IMG/VR virus record: IMGVR_UViG_3300031521_000018
Coordinates: 62,001 to 125,373 of that record
Length of the DNA stretch: 63,373 bases
Reading direction: 5' to 3' (one strand)
Origin: an uncultured virus (IMG/VR IMGVR_UViG_3300031521_000018)
Taxonomy: Duplodnaviria > Heunggongvirae > Uroviricota > Caudoviricetes
The notes beneath the pieces were generated by a model that did no database searches, was not told where the DNA came from, and worked only from the letters and a program-made list of their open reading frames with translations. This document shows, piece by piece, positions 28,641 to 38,133 of this stretch. The position numbers were made by a program, and so were the translations under genes. Within the stretch, counting starts at the first letter, position 1, and the number at the start of each line of letters is the position of its first letter.

Positions 28641-28875
28641 TCATAAATTAAGATATAAAATTATGTCAGAAGTAAAAATAAAATTAGTTGACAATAATAT
28701 TGCTGTGGAATTCATCTTACAAAGGTTGTATTTCAGTGAATTTCAAATTATTGATGGACTAAATCAGCACCCTAATGGAATCAATTTTTATAAATGGTTG
28801 CTTAATAATGATTTGATTTTAAAGGAAGAATATGACAGAATTACTGATAAAATACAATCTGAATATGATGAATAA
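28624..28875 (+). CDS. Hypothetical protein
   Basis: ORF track; start uncertain. Confidence 0.5.
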   Translation: MITELDHKLRYKIMSEVKIKLVDNNIAVEFILQRLYFSEFQIIDGLNQHPNGINFYKWLLNNDLILKEEYDRITDKIQSEYDE

Positions 28876-28898
28876 TTAATATTAATGCAAAATAAACT

Positions 28899-29363
28899 AT
28901 GAAAGAAATGAGTGATAATACTTTCGGTAGAGATTTTTATATTTCAGTTAATGAAAGTAAAAATCTTGTAATTATTTGTAAAAATCCTGAAACTCATTTA
29001 ATAAGTTGGGATGATCTCTGTGATATGAAGAAACGTTATCTTTATAAAGTTGGTCAAAGGATACTAACACCATTTGGGATTCAGACAATCAAGGATATCA
29101 AATATGATAATGGCACTATTCATGGTTATGAATGGCTGATTATGGTTGAGGAAAATGGAAATCAATACAAGCCGTGTGAACTTATGGGTATAGTAAAGAA
29201 AACTATTACTTTACAAGATTTTAAATCTTTCATGCCCACAGATAAAGAACAAATAGAACATTTCACCTGTCATTATAACAATTTAAATTGTCCATACATT
29301 AATATAGATGGACACTATACTAAACAATGTAATCGTTGTGAACATTATAAACCTCAATATTAA
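28899..29363 (+). CDS. Hypothetical protein with Cys-rich C-terminus
   Basis: 154-aa ORF. Confidence 0.6.
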   Translation: MKEMSDNTFGRDFYISVNESKNLVIICKNPETHLISWDDLCDMKKRYLYKVGQRILTPFGIQTIKDIKYDNGTIHGYEWLIMVEENGNQYKPCELMGIVKKTITLQDFKSFMPTDKEQIEHFTCHYNNLNCPYINIDGHYTKQCNRCEHYKPQY

Positions 29364-29406
29364 AAAGTGCTGATAATAATTTAAAAATGATCTAAAAATA
29401 GAAATT

Positions 29407-29742
29407 ATGAAAAAATCATCAATTTACACTATCGAAGTTTATAGTTCTATAAATGAAAAATTTCATAGTGTTTCCAATACTTTTGAAAACTCTTTAAAGG
29501 CATTGGAACTAATAATTTGTAACTTACAATTACAAAACAAATTAGGGCATTATCAGGCTTTCATTCAAGAGGTAAAATTTGATGCAAACGGAATATTAGT
29601 ACTAAAAATCAATAAGGATAAGTACAGTATGAATGTTTTAACAGATTTTGTTTTAACAGATAATATTAATCAATTTAATATAATTGCAAAGGATTTGATA
29701 ACCAAAATGAATCTTCGTAAAAAATTTAATGTTGCAATTTAA
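29407..29742 (+). CDS. Hypothetical protein
   Basis: Conserved leader aaaaatagaaattATG. Confidence 0.6.
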   Translation: MKKSSIYTIEVYSSINEKFHSVSNTFENSLKALELIICNLQLQNKLGHYQAFIQEVKFDANGILVLKINKDKYSMNVLTDFVLTDNINQFNIIAKDLITKMNLRKKFNVAI

Positions 29743-29753
29743 AAATAAGTATT

Positions 29754-31628
29754 ATGGACTCTGTACAGAAAAATGATTCAAAGGAAATCTTAAAGAGTGA
29801 GGAATACAGCAAACTGATATTAACCAAAGATAATATCAAAATAGGTGACTTATTTATAGATAGTGGAGGAGATACATTAGTAACTATAAGCAATATATTT
29901 GAAAAAGATGGTTCTACAAATGTCGAAATATATACGGTTGATATTGATACTCTTGAACCAATACATCATTGGACAACAAAAAATATAGCAACGTTTATAA
30001 AAGAATACTCGCACAGATATATTCCTGATTTCGAGGAATACAAGAGAAAAGCTCAAGAATACTTATATAACGGAAAACCTTTTGAAATCAAGAAAGAGCA
30101 AACGGAAAATGAATACGGACTTGTACACAAAACAAGTAAAGTAGTTCTTGAAACCATGTATAACGGTATTGAAATTCAACAACGCCAACTTGAAATTTTA
30201 AGAAATATGTCATTGCTTCTAATAAATCATCAAAAATCATCTTTAGACAAAATAAAACGAAAGATGGAGACACAAATAGCCATATTTGCAAAAGAAATGC
30301 AAAAGATCATGAAGGTTATAGGAATGATTGAACTTTATATGGGAATTGAGGAAGAACTTTATCAATTGACTAGTGGTGAACCTGCGGGTAAGGATGAACC
30401 ATTGGCACTTAGACAACTTGTTATATTTGCGGATGAAGAAGTTGGCAATTGTGATGATGGTGGTATAGATTATAATCAACTTGATAAATTTGATGAATGG
30501 CTCATTGAAAATAATAGATACAAGGACATACTTCCTGAGGTAAGGGGTATTGTAGCATTAAAGCCAAGGCGAAAAGATAAAGAATACACCACAAATGCAA
30601 TGGAAAATGCAATGATTAATGTTTGGAATCATCAAACATATTTCCTAATAAGGAACGGTGATAATATATACCGAATTTGCTCTCCTAATATTGGTATAGG
30701 AGAAACAATGTTTCCAAAGAAAGCGGAACTAGAAAAATTAATGAATGATTCCTCTGAGCACGAACAGGAAATGTTTAATGACAAATATATGAAAATGTTT
30801 TTGTTTGTTCAGGGGCTGCTTGATAGAACCGAAATATTTTTACCAATACAATCGGGTATTAAAGTTACAGATATAGAAAACGGGGGGTTGAGGCTTATAT
30901 ACGATGCCGAAGGTGCACTTACAGATGGTAGATTGTCATATGCTAATTGGGTAAAAGAAATAAATTTTAATGTTGGTCGTGGAAGTAGAATTATTCTTTC
31001 ACCAACATACGGCGGAAATTCTTATAACGATAATGAAAATCATAATTATAAGAATTATAATAGAATACAAGAAGGATTTGTTCCATATTATGCTAACAAA
31101 TGGAGCTGCCCTGCATTTCCACAAGATGGGTTATACACAATTGAAGAAATGAAAACAGATGTTTATGATAGCGAATTAAAAAAAAGAAAAGATATAAAAG
31201 TGCCTGTTATAAGGTATATGCCTGATAGGCAATCATTTTGGTATTATAAGGAATCGGAAAGAAAAATAAGGGTAACATGGGCAATAAGCCTAGAGAGAAG
31301 CGTATATTTGAATTATGATAGGATATGCGTTGATGATATAGAATATTATCTGAATTCAAGGCTTGAAAGAAAAAATTACATAAGCATGCTTCCAATACTC
31401 AGAAATATAAAGAAGCATTTAATTGCAGAACAAATTAAAGAAAACGATTTTAAATTAATGCTTAAGGGTATGATTTTGAGGAAGCACCCTACAATGCCTG
31501 AATCAGTGATGGAGCAATCAGTAAACGAGGCAATAGATTGGTGGAAATATAAGAACATTTGGAAACGACCAATAACACAAGATGATAAAAAAGCAGTAAT
31601 AATGATTCAACAAAGATTAAAAATATAA
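29754..31628 (+). CDS. Large hypothetical phage protein with coiled-coil segment
   Basis: 624-aa ORF. Confidence 0.75.
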   Translation: MDSVQKNDSKEILKSEEYSKLILTKDNIKIGDLFIDSGGDTLVTISNIFEKDGSTNVEIYTVDIDTLEPIHHWTTKNIATFIKEYSHRYIPDFEEYKRKAQEYLYNGKPFEIKKEQTENEYGLVHKTSKVVLETMYNGIEIQQRQLEILRNMSLLLINHQKSSLDKIKRKMETQIAIFAKEMQKIMKVIGMIELYMGIEEELYQLTSGEPAGKDEPLALRQLVIFADEEVGNCDDGGIDYNQLDKFDEWLIENNRYKDILPEVRGIVALKPRRKDKEYTTNAMENAMINVWNHQTYFLIRNGDNIYRICSPNIGIGETMFPKKAELEKLMNDSSEHEQEMFNDKYMKMFLFVQGLLDRTEIFLPIQSGIKVTDIENGGLRLIYDAEGALTDGRLSYANWVKEINFNVGRGSRIILSPTYGGNSYNDNENHNYKNYNRIQEGFVPYYANKWSCPAFPQDGLYTIEEMKTDVYDSELKKRKDIKVPVIRYMPDRQSFWYYKESERKIRVTWAISLERSVYLNYDRICVDDIEYYLNSRLERKNYISMLPILRNIKKHLIAEQIKENDFKLMLKGMILRKHPTMPESVMEQSVNEAIDWWKYKNIWKRPITQDDKKAVIMIQQRLKI

Positions 31629-31632
31629 TATT

Positions 31633-32331
31633 ATGGCAAAAAGGGAATTTAAAGTATTCGATGAATCTTTATTAAGTAATAGAGATTTTCATCTTACAAA
31701 TCTTAATAAGTCTGATGGTAAAAACTATTCTTTATATACACTGCTAGCAGACTATTTGGCAATGTATGGTATCTATTTTCGTGGTGGTACAACAATTTGT
31801 GATTCATACAAAAATCATACCAACATTAAAGTTAATGGCTGTACTCTTGATAAGGATATTCCTGTTGAAAATATAGGTATAATAAAACAAATGTACGGGT
31901 ATGATTTAGCACTTGTTAATATATGTTTAGATAATAACGATAGCAGAGAATTTGCTTTTTGGTTTAATATAGATGATGAAAGTTGTGAATTGGAAAAACT
32001 TATTTTTGGCTCTGTTAAATGGAGCAAAAAATATAAAAATTTCGAGGAAATGATGAAAGATGTAAGGCAATACGATATAATTGATGGAATAATACATGGT
32101 GTCCCAAAAATAGAACCATTTTATATAACTTTCGGTCAACATCATAGCCATACTCATGGCTCAATAATATTGGATAAGGATTGTGTTGGTGTAATAAAAG
32201 CAGAATCCTATGAGAGAATGAGAGAAATAGCTTTTGAATTATTCAACGGTGAATTTGCTACAACATACACAAAGGAGCAGATATTACCATTAATGCATTT
32301 CTTTCCAAGAGGAACAATTGAATTAAACTAA
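31633..32331 (+). CDS. Hypothetical protein
   Basis: 232-aa ORF. Confidence 0.65.
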   Translation: MAKREFKVFDESLLSNRDFHLTNLNKSDGKNYSLYTLLADYLAMYGIYFRGGTTICDSYKNHTNIKVNGCTLDKDIPVENIGIIKQMYGYDLALVNICLDNNDSREFAFWFNIDDESCELEKLIFGSVKWSKKYKNFEEMMKDVRQYDIIDGIIHGVPKIEPFYITFGQHHSHTHGSIILDKDCVGVIKAESYERMREIAFELFNGEFATTYTKEQILPLMHFFPRGTIELN

Positions 32332-32337
32332 TATTGT

Positions 32338-32733
32338 ATGGATAATAATGAAGAAATTTTAGAAGGTAATAAATTGATATGCGTATTTGCATGTAATAAG
32401 AACCCTGATGGCTCTATTGATAGCAATACTGTAGGTGGATATCCTATTGGAACTATGCATTTTAATATGTTTAGATGTCCGATAAATACTATATATCCGT
32501 TTGATCATGAGTATTCTTATGCTAATTTTGGTAGATGGAATTATGATTTTAGTTGGTTAATGCCTGTTGTAGAAAAAATTGAATCAATGGGATATGTGTT
32601 TCACATAATTGGATGCTATTGTAAAATAACTACTTGTGGTTACATATGCTGTGAATACAAAGAAAATTCTAAAATGGAGGCAATTTATAAATCATGCGTT
32701 AACATTATTAAGCAGATTAATGCCATAACTTAA
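32338..32733 (+). CDS. Phage hypothetical protein
   Basis: 'WLMPVVEKIE' motif recalled from Bacteroidota phage proteins. Confidence 0.6.
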   Translation: MDNNEEILEGNKLICVFACNKNPDGSIDSNTVGGYPIGTMHFNMFRCPINTIYPFDHEYSYANFGRWNYDFSWLMPVVEKIESMGYVFHIIGCYCKITTCGYICCEYKENSKMEAIYKSCVNIIKQINAIT

Positions 32734-32746
32734 AATGTAAAATTAT

Positions 32747-32926
32747 ATGCAAGTTTTTGAAGAAACAAATAACAAGACAGATAAAGTGTTTATCATGCTT
32801 GAGGCTATAGAGGCAGCAATGATGATTGATGCCATAGAGAAATTTTCCAAGGAAAATCCAAGGAAAACAAAACTTAAAAAATTTTCATCAGATGTGTTGA
32901 AATCAATTCCATATAAAAAATACTAA
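32747..32926 (+). CDS. Small hypothetical protein (59 aa)
   Basis: MQVFEETNNK...PYKKY fills the gap before the rlmN-like gene. Confidence 0.55.
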   Translation: MQVFEETNNKTDKVFIMLEAIEAAMMIDAIEKFSKENPRKTKLKKFSSDVLKSIPYKKY

Positions 32927-32929
32927 AAC

Positions 32930-33826
32930 ATGAATACAAAACTGAAATTAAGGAAGATGGTATTCTCAAAGGATGATGATACTATAAAATATGTTTTTTT
33001 AAGAAATAGCACCTCTGCCACATTAGAATTTTCTTATATAAACAAAAAAGATGGCAAAAATATTATTTGTGTTCCGTGTCAGACAATGTGTAACATTGGA
33101 TGTAAATTTTGTCATACCAAAGAATATATAGGAATAATCAATGTTACACCAATTTCGGCAGATGAATTGGTTGAGGGTATTGAATATATTTATAATGATT
33201 TGAAGTTGGATAAAAACCCAAAGACGCTTTTAGTTAGCTTTATGGGGTGTGGTGAGCCTATATTAAACGTTAAGAATGTTATTCAGTCCATGTCACGAAT
33301 AAGGGATAATTATCCTAAATTATATGTTCGTTTTGCTATTGCTACATCTTTACCAAATTATGCATCAATGGAATTTTTTAGACTATCAAAGCTTATAAAA
33401 TCTTATGAACTTGATGTAAAATTACACTTATCTTTGCATTATACAAATAACGAACTTAGGAAAGAATGGATGCCGAAATCAATGAATATAGAATCTACAT
33501 TGGCTGCAGGTGAATTTTATAGAGTATATACCTCTAACAAAGTTGAAATACATTATGCTTTAATTGATGGCATAAATGACTCAGTAGAAGATGCTGTAAT
33601 ATTGTGTAATCTGCTTAAAGGTAAGGACTTTAATGTTAAATTTTTGTTCTATAACGAAAAAACATCTTTGGGAATGCATCCATCAGAGATAGCAAAATTT
33701 GAAATGTTCCAAGAATACCTTAACCAAATTGGTATAAGTTCTGAATATTATAAACCGCCAGGACTTGACGTTGGTGCTTCTTGTGGTCAATTCTTGATGG
33801 ATGAATATTTACAACCCGAAATATAA
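32930..33826 (+). CDS. RlmN/Cfr-family radical SAM RNA methyltransferase-like protein
   Basis: CxxxCxxC 'CNIGCKFC', 'FMGCGEP', 'LSLH', 'Y.LI.GIND', C-terminal 'ASCGQ'. Confidence 0.85.
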   Translation: MNTKLKLRKMVFSKDDDTIKYVFLRNSTSATLEFSYINKKDGKNIICVPCQTMCNIGCKFCHTKEYIGIINVTPISADELVEGIEYIYNDLKLDKNPKTLLVSFMGCGEPILNVKNVIQSMSRIRDNYPKLYVRFAIATSLPNYASMEFFRLSKLIKSYELDVKLHLSLHYTNNELRKEWMPKSMNIESTLAAGEFYRVYTSNKVEIHYALIDGINDSVEDAVILCNLLKGKDFNVKFLFYNEKTSLGMHPSEIAKFEMFQEYLNQIGISSEYYKPPGLDVGASCGQFLMDEYLQPEI

Positions 33827-33858
33827 AATAAAACAAATTAATAGGTATTGTTGTAAAA

Positions 33859-33919
33859 GATGCTGTACATTCGGTAGCACTTAGATTCAGCGGGTTTGGT
33901 TCGATTCCAAAAAGCATTG
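33859..33919 (+). pseudogene. Minimal/degenerate tRNA-like element
   Basis: Acceptor-like GATGCTG/AAGCATT and T-arm TTTGG-TTCGATT-CCAAA; D and anticodon arms shrunken. Confidence 0.45.
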
Positions 33920-33992
33920 ATTAAAAGACGTTTTGATCACGACAATACTTATTAATTTAAGTTAAAAATGTTAAATTAATTATAAAATTATT

Positions 33993-34427
33993 ATGAATAT
34001 TAAAATTGTCAACAAATCTACAAACTCATTACCTAGATACGCCACTATTTTATCTGCGGGCATGGACTTACGTGCAAATTTAGAAAGCCCTATATTACTC
34101 AAGCCTCTTGACAGAAAACTTATACCAACAGGTTTATTTATTGAATTACCTGAGGGATATGAGGCTCAAATACGACCAAGAAGCGGCTTGGCAATCAAAC
34201 ATGGAATTACGGTACTTAACAGTCCTGGAACTATTGATGCCGATTATCGTGGTGAGGTTTGTGTAATTTTGGTTAATTTATCAAATCAAGACTTTGTAGT
34301 TGAACATGGAGAACGTATATGTCAAATGGTTGTAACCATATATAAACAAGCCGAATGGGAAGAGGTAGAAATATTAAGTGAAACTGTCCGTGGTGATGGT
34401 GGATTTGGTCATACAGGCAAAAAATAA
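33993..34427 (+). CDS. dut: Trimeric dUTPase
   Basis: 'AGMDL', 'RPRSGLA', '[10 protein letters not shown]', 'RICQ', '[10 protein letters not shown]'. Confidence 0.97.
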   Translation: MNIKIVNKSTNSLPRYATILSAGMDLRANLESPILLKPLDRKLIPTGLFIELPEGYEAQIRPRSGLAIKHGITVLNSPGTIDADYRGEVCVILVNLSNQDFVVEHGERICQMVVTIYKQAEWEEVEILSETVRGDGGFGHTGKK

Positions 34428-34428
34428 T

Positions 34429-34896
34429 ATGGATTTACCTATTAAACCTTTTGCAAATAATTTATGGTTGTGGAAATGTGAATTGCCTGAAAATGAAATT
34501 GATTTTTCAGAAATTGCAAAGGAAGTTCATGAATGGAAAAAAGCTGAATCTGATAGACTGAAATATGAATCATGGCTGAAACAGGAAGAAGAATTTAAAG
34601 TTTCTGAATGGTCACCCGAATTTGAATCTTTAATGCGTTCACACTTGATTATGGGTGCTTATAGATATGGAAAATTAGCACATACTAAAGAACAACAAGC
34701 CGAAAAAAAATATTATGATTACATAGGTGAGATTATTAAACGTGCTAAATTGTATTTGGAAACAGGCAACAAAGCCTATCTTGTAGATATAGCTAATTCA
34801 TCCATGATTGAATTTGTACAAGAAGGAAATCATCCAAACCCACGATTTATTTTAGAGGATGATATAGTACATTTTGATTTAACTTTAGAAAAATAA
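34429..34896 (+). CDS. Hypothetical protein (possible all-alpha NTP pyrophosphatase-like)
   Basis: 'MGAYRYG...TGN..YLVDIAN..MIEF'; next to dut. Confidence 0.5.
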   Translation: MDLPIKPFANNLWLWKCELPENEIDFSEIAKEVHEWKKAESDRLKYESWLKQEEEFKVSEWSPEFESLMRSHLIMGAYRYGKLAHTKEQQAEKKYYDYIGEIIKRAKLYLETGNKAYLVDIANSSMIEFVQEGNHPNPRFILEDDIVHFDLTLEK

Positions 34897-34976
34897 TTTG
34901 ATAATATTATGTTAACAAAGATATAAAATATAAAATCCGATAAAGTTCGGTACTAGTATTAACTAAATCTATTAAA

Positions 34977-35429
34977 ATGAAGTTAACTTACAAGGTAATT
35001 TCCATAATTTTTGTATTACTAATATTACAATTAATTTTATTCAATAATACCCCTAAAAAAATAATCACAAAGCCTGTTATAACCAAATCATTAAAGCTAA
35101 TAAATTGGGAAAAATTGATTTGGTCTATAATTTTTATTGAGTCCAACAATGATGATGATGCTAAAAATGTAGGAAATTGTATTGGATGCCTTCAAATTAC
35201 CCCAATATATGTTAAAGAGGTAAATAAAATTCTAAAATCAAAGCACTCAAATCAAGTTTATACAGTTTCAGATAGATATGATAGAGAAAAATCAATTGAG
35301 ATGTTTGAAATATTCCAAAATCATAAAAATCCAAATCGTGACTTTCATATGGCTATAAAATTACACAATCCAACAGCAAGTAAATCATATGAAAATAAAA
35401 TAATGGAACTATACAGAAAGTTGAATTGA
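34977..35429 (+). CDS. Lysozyme/lytic-transglycosylase-like protein with N-terminal signal/TM
   Basis: 'IIFIES...A......G.LQI' catalytic Glu motif; hydrophobic N-terminus. Confidence 0.7.
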   Translation: MKLTYKVISIIFVLLILQLILFNNTPKKIITKPVITKSLKLINWEKLIWSIIFIESNNDDDAKNVGNCIGCLQITPIYVKEVNKILKSKHSNQVYTVSDRYDREKSIEMFEIFQNHKNPNRDFHMAIKLHNPTASKSYENKIMELYRKLN

Positions 35430-35485
35430 CACTATTATAACTTATTAAACATAAAATAGAAAACAAACAATTAAAAACAATCATT

Positions 35486-35869
35486 ATGAGAAATTTCTTA
35501 ATTTTACTAGTTTTAGCTTTTTCCATGGCTCTGACATCATGCCAAAACTATTCAAGTGGCGAACGTGTAGGGGTAATTACTAAATTATCAGAAAAGGGTG
35601 CTGTTTACAAATCGTTTGAAATTGAAATTAAAATTTCACCCAATATTGCCCAAAGTAATCAGGTAATTGGAAATTATGAAACATTTCATGCATCAATTGA
35701 TAACAGTAATACAATTAAATGTGAAACACCTATTGATTCCATTGAATCTTATATTTCCAAAGGTACACCAATTATTATACAATATCAACAGGTTAAATAT
35801 TTAAATCTGTTTAAGAATAGGGGAGAAACCAATTACTTTATAAAAAGTGTTAAACCCACAAGTAAATAA
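35486..35869 (+). CDS. Lipoprotein
   Basis: Signal peptide with lipobox 'LTSC'. Confidence 0.7.
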   Translation: MRNFLILLVLAFSMALTSCQNYSSGERVGVITKLSEKGAVYKSFEIEIKISPNIAQSNQVIGNYETFHASIDNSNTIKCETPIDSIESYISKGTPIIIQYQQVKYLNLFKNRGETNYFIKSVKPTSK

Positions 35870-35933
35870 GTAAACACCGTTAAGTTTAACGTGTGAAAAT
35901 CAAACTATTGTTTAATTAAAAAGAAAAAAAAAC

Positions 35934-36293
35934 ATGAAAAAGCTCTTTGGTATTCTACTGATGCTTGTTTTTAGTTTTGCTCTTTCAGCCGCCATTGCTG
36001 CACCGAAAGGTTCTCCGCCAACTGAAAAGCAAATTGTAACGGTCCAATCTACTGTGGTAGTTGACCAAGTTGTAAATTTTACAATCACCACACAGGTAAA
36101 TGTTGTCCTAAATTATTGTGTTGAAAAGCAATTAATTAAAAACATTGATACACAGAACGCAATAAACCATGGTTATGTCTACACTTGTACAAATAAAGAT
36201 TATGGAAGTGGAAATATAAATTGGATAATTGAAAAGTACGATAAAATTAGTTTACCGCCTATACTACCTTTTATGTCTGCCATAATTACCTAA
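35934..36293 (+). CDS. Secreted hypothetical protein
   Basis: Sec signal peptide MKKLFGILLMLVFSFALSA. Confidence 0.6.
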   Translation: MKKLFGILLMLVFSFALSAAIAAPKGSPPTEKQIVTVQSTVVVDQVVNFTITTQVNVVLNYCVEKQLIKNIDTQNAINHGYVYTCTNKDYGSGNINWIIEKYDKISLPPILPFMSAIIT

Positions 36294-36500
36294 GACCCGC
36301 CAAACACTCTGAAACATTAAGCGGCTGCTCTTTTTTGAGCATATGGGATTATGGTAGTATAACAGCCACAGAAGCTGTGAGTGGTTAGCAGAATCAAGAT
36401 AAGATATCCGGATTTAAAATACACTACCTCTTTGTGAACAATAAAAAGTAACTCAGAGGTTCTTTAAGGTGGTAGGCAATACATGTAACTTGCCATTTTT

Positions 36501-36574
36501 GCTCCCTTAGCTCAGTTGGTCAGAGCAAAACACTCATAATGTTGAGGTCATAGGTTCAAGTCCTGTAGGGAGCA
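36501..36574 (+). tRNA. tRNA with CAT anticodon (probably Ile2/lysidine, else Met)
   Basis: GCTCCCT/AGGGAGC acceptor, D-arm GCTC..GAGC, loop CTCATAA, T-arm ATAGG-TTCAAGT-CCTGT; C4/C5 resemble tRNA-Ile2; CCA not encoded. Confidence 0.9.
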
Positions 36575-36702
36575 CAGACTGTTTATTAGATACGACTATA
36601 GAGAGAATATTGCATCTCTCTAATCTATGAACGAAAGGATGGTTAGTCCCATCCTGAGAGATACAGGATAAAGAGTTATTCTGATATAAAAAGTGAAAAA
36701 TC

Positions 36703-37056
36703 GGGGGTGCTTGGTTTTGATTGCGGTTTAGGGTGGTATAAGTTCAATGGAGATTATCAGTTCTCCTTTTAAAAAGGTAAACCAAATAACAGGCAAAAAT
36801 ACAATCAAATCATTGGGTAACAAGGTTATTGCAATGATATCTCCAAGAGTAGTAGCATTTGCTGCTTAAGGAAGCCTAATTTAGTTTTTTAAAGTTTGCC
36901 GATGTCATAAATCGGATGGTGGACTGCACTGTTTCCAAACAGTACCCAAATTCTTATAAGATGCTGAAAGGTGGTAAGATTAACCTCATGCACTAAGTTG
37001 TAAAAAGACTTGTATTAACCAATCGTAAGACGAGTGTTCGACTCACTCCACCTCCA
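36703..37056 (+). ncRNA. ssrA: tmRNA
   Basis: GGGGGTG/CACCTCC acceptor with G3:U70, T-arm GAGTG-TTCGACT-CACTC, tag ORF 36792-36869 ending AFAA*. Confidence 0.92.
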
Positions 37057-37064
37057 CTTTAAGT

Positions 37065-37099
37065 AAATTGGCTGTAATCTTTGAGATTACAGCCAATTT
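37065..37099 (+). terminator. Terminator after tmRNA
   Basis: aaattggctgtaatct-ttg-agattacagccaattt. Confidence 0.75.
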
Positions 37100-37174
37100 T
37101 GTATTTTGCAACTATATTTTGGATTGACACAATTATAAGATATCGAATATAAATAATTAAAATCTATCTAGCTT

Positions 37175-37900
37175 ATGTTTAAAAATATATTCCAATTGTA
37201 TAAACTGTTGACTGAAAATGAGGTCTTCATAGCTAATTATACGTTCCCTAATGAAAATACCATAATAGATAGACTTTCAAATAAATACACCAAGTCAGAA
37301 ACCTTTGTTTTTTCAGATTTTGTAAGAATCGAGGATATGAAGTATAAAGCTAATGAAATCACAGTGTCGTTATTACTTAAATATAATGTTTTGATAATAC
37401 TTGAGGATGGTGGTGTGATAATAGAACCTGTTAATGATATATTGACTATAATTGAAAGTGGAAAACATATTGTATCAAATATCAATCTGCTTTCTAAAGA
37501 GAATGTTAGAAAACTTATAAATAATACATTCTTTAAATCAAAACAAAATCAAAACCTTGCCGATGTAGAATATTTTGTGAACATAAAAGATATTTGCCTT
37601 GATTGTGTAAAACTCAGCAACATAAATCATTCAGAAATATTTATAATATGGAAAAAATTAATAGACGAGAAGATAAAGCTTGTTAAGCAGCTTGGAATAA
37701 CTACATCGTTTGATGTATACAATCCATATGAAAATAAAACATATAAAATGTCATTTAATCCTAATACTTATAATGCTTTCCTTAATGTAGATCAAATATT
37801 AGGCAATATAAACAAGATAGATTATTGGCTAGCTAGAATAAATTATACATCATTTTTGGGCGATAAGCATCAATTTTTGAAGCATACATTAGTAAATTAA
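37175..37900 (+). CDS. Hypothetical protein (late motif upstream)
   Basis: 241-aa ORF. Confidence 0.65.
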   Translation: MFKNIFQLYKLLTENEVFIANYTFPNENTIIDRLSNKYTKSETFVFSDFVRIEDMKYKANEITVSLLLKYNVLIILEDGGVIIEPVNDILTIIESGKHIVSNINLLSKENVRKLINNTFFKSKQNQNLADVEYFVNIKDICLDCVKLSNINHSEIFIIWKKLIDEKIKLVKQLGITTSFDVYNPYENKTYKMSFNPNTYNAFLNVDQILGNINKIDYWLARINYTSFLGDKHQFLKHTLVN

Positions 37901-37905
37901 CCTAT

Positions 37906-38124
37906 ATGGATACTCACCAATGTTGTATGTGTGGAAGACCCGCTAGTATTATTTTAAAAAGAAATAAAAAATGGTATTGTGAGCTATGCATTGAGAAAGC
38001 TAGAAACAGAAATAATAAACCAATTATAAAAAAGAAAGAACAGAGCCGTAATGATCAATGTAATTGTGGTTCGGGGAAAAAATACAAATATTGTTGCTTA
38101 TTAATTAAAAATAAAATCATTTAA
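37906..38124 (+). CDS. SEC-C motif zinc-binding protein
   Basis: 'RNDQCNCGSGKKYKYCC' plus N-terminal CxxC pairs. Confidence 0.85.
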   Translation: MDTHQCCMCGRPASIILKRNKKWYCELCIEKARNRNNKPIIKKKEQSRNDQCNCGSGKKYKYCCLLIKNKII

Positions 38125-38133
38125 AATAAAATC

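Noticed and set aside
36620..36670. Hammerhead-like words (GAAA ... CTGAGAG)
   Set aside because: The core does not match CUGANGA and the stem order is wrong.
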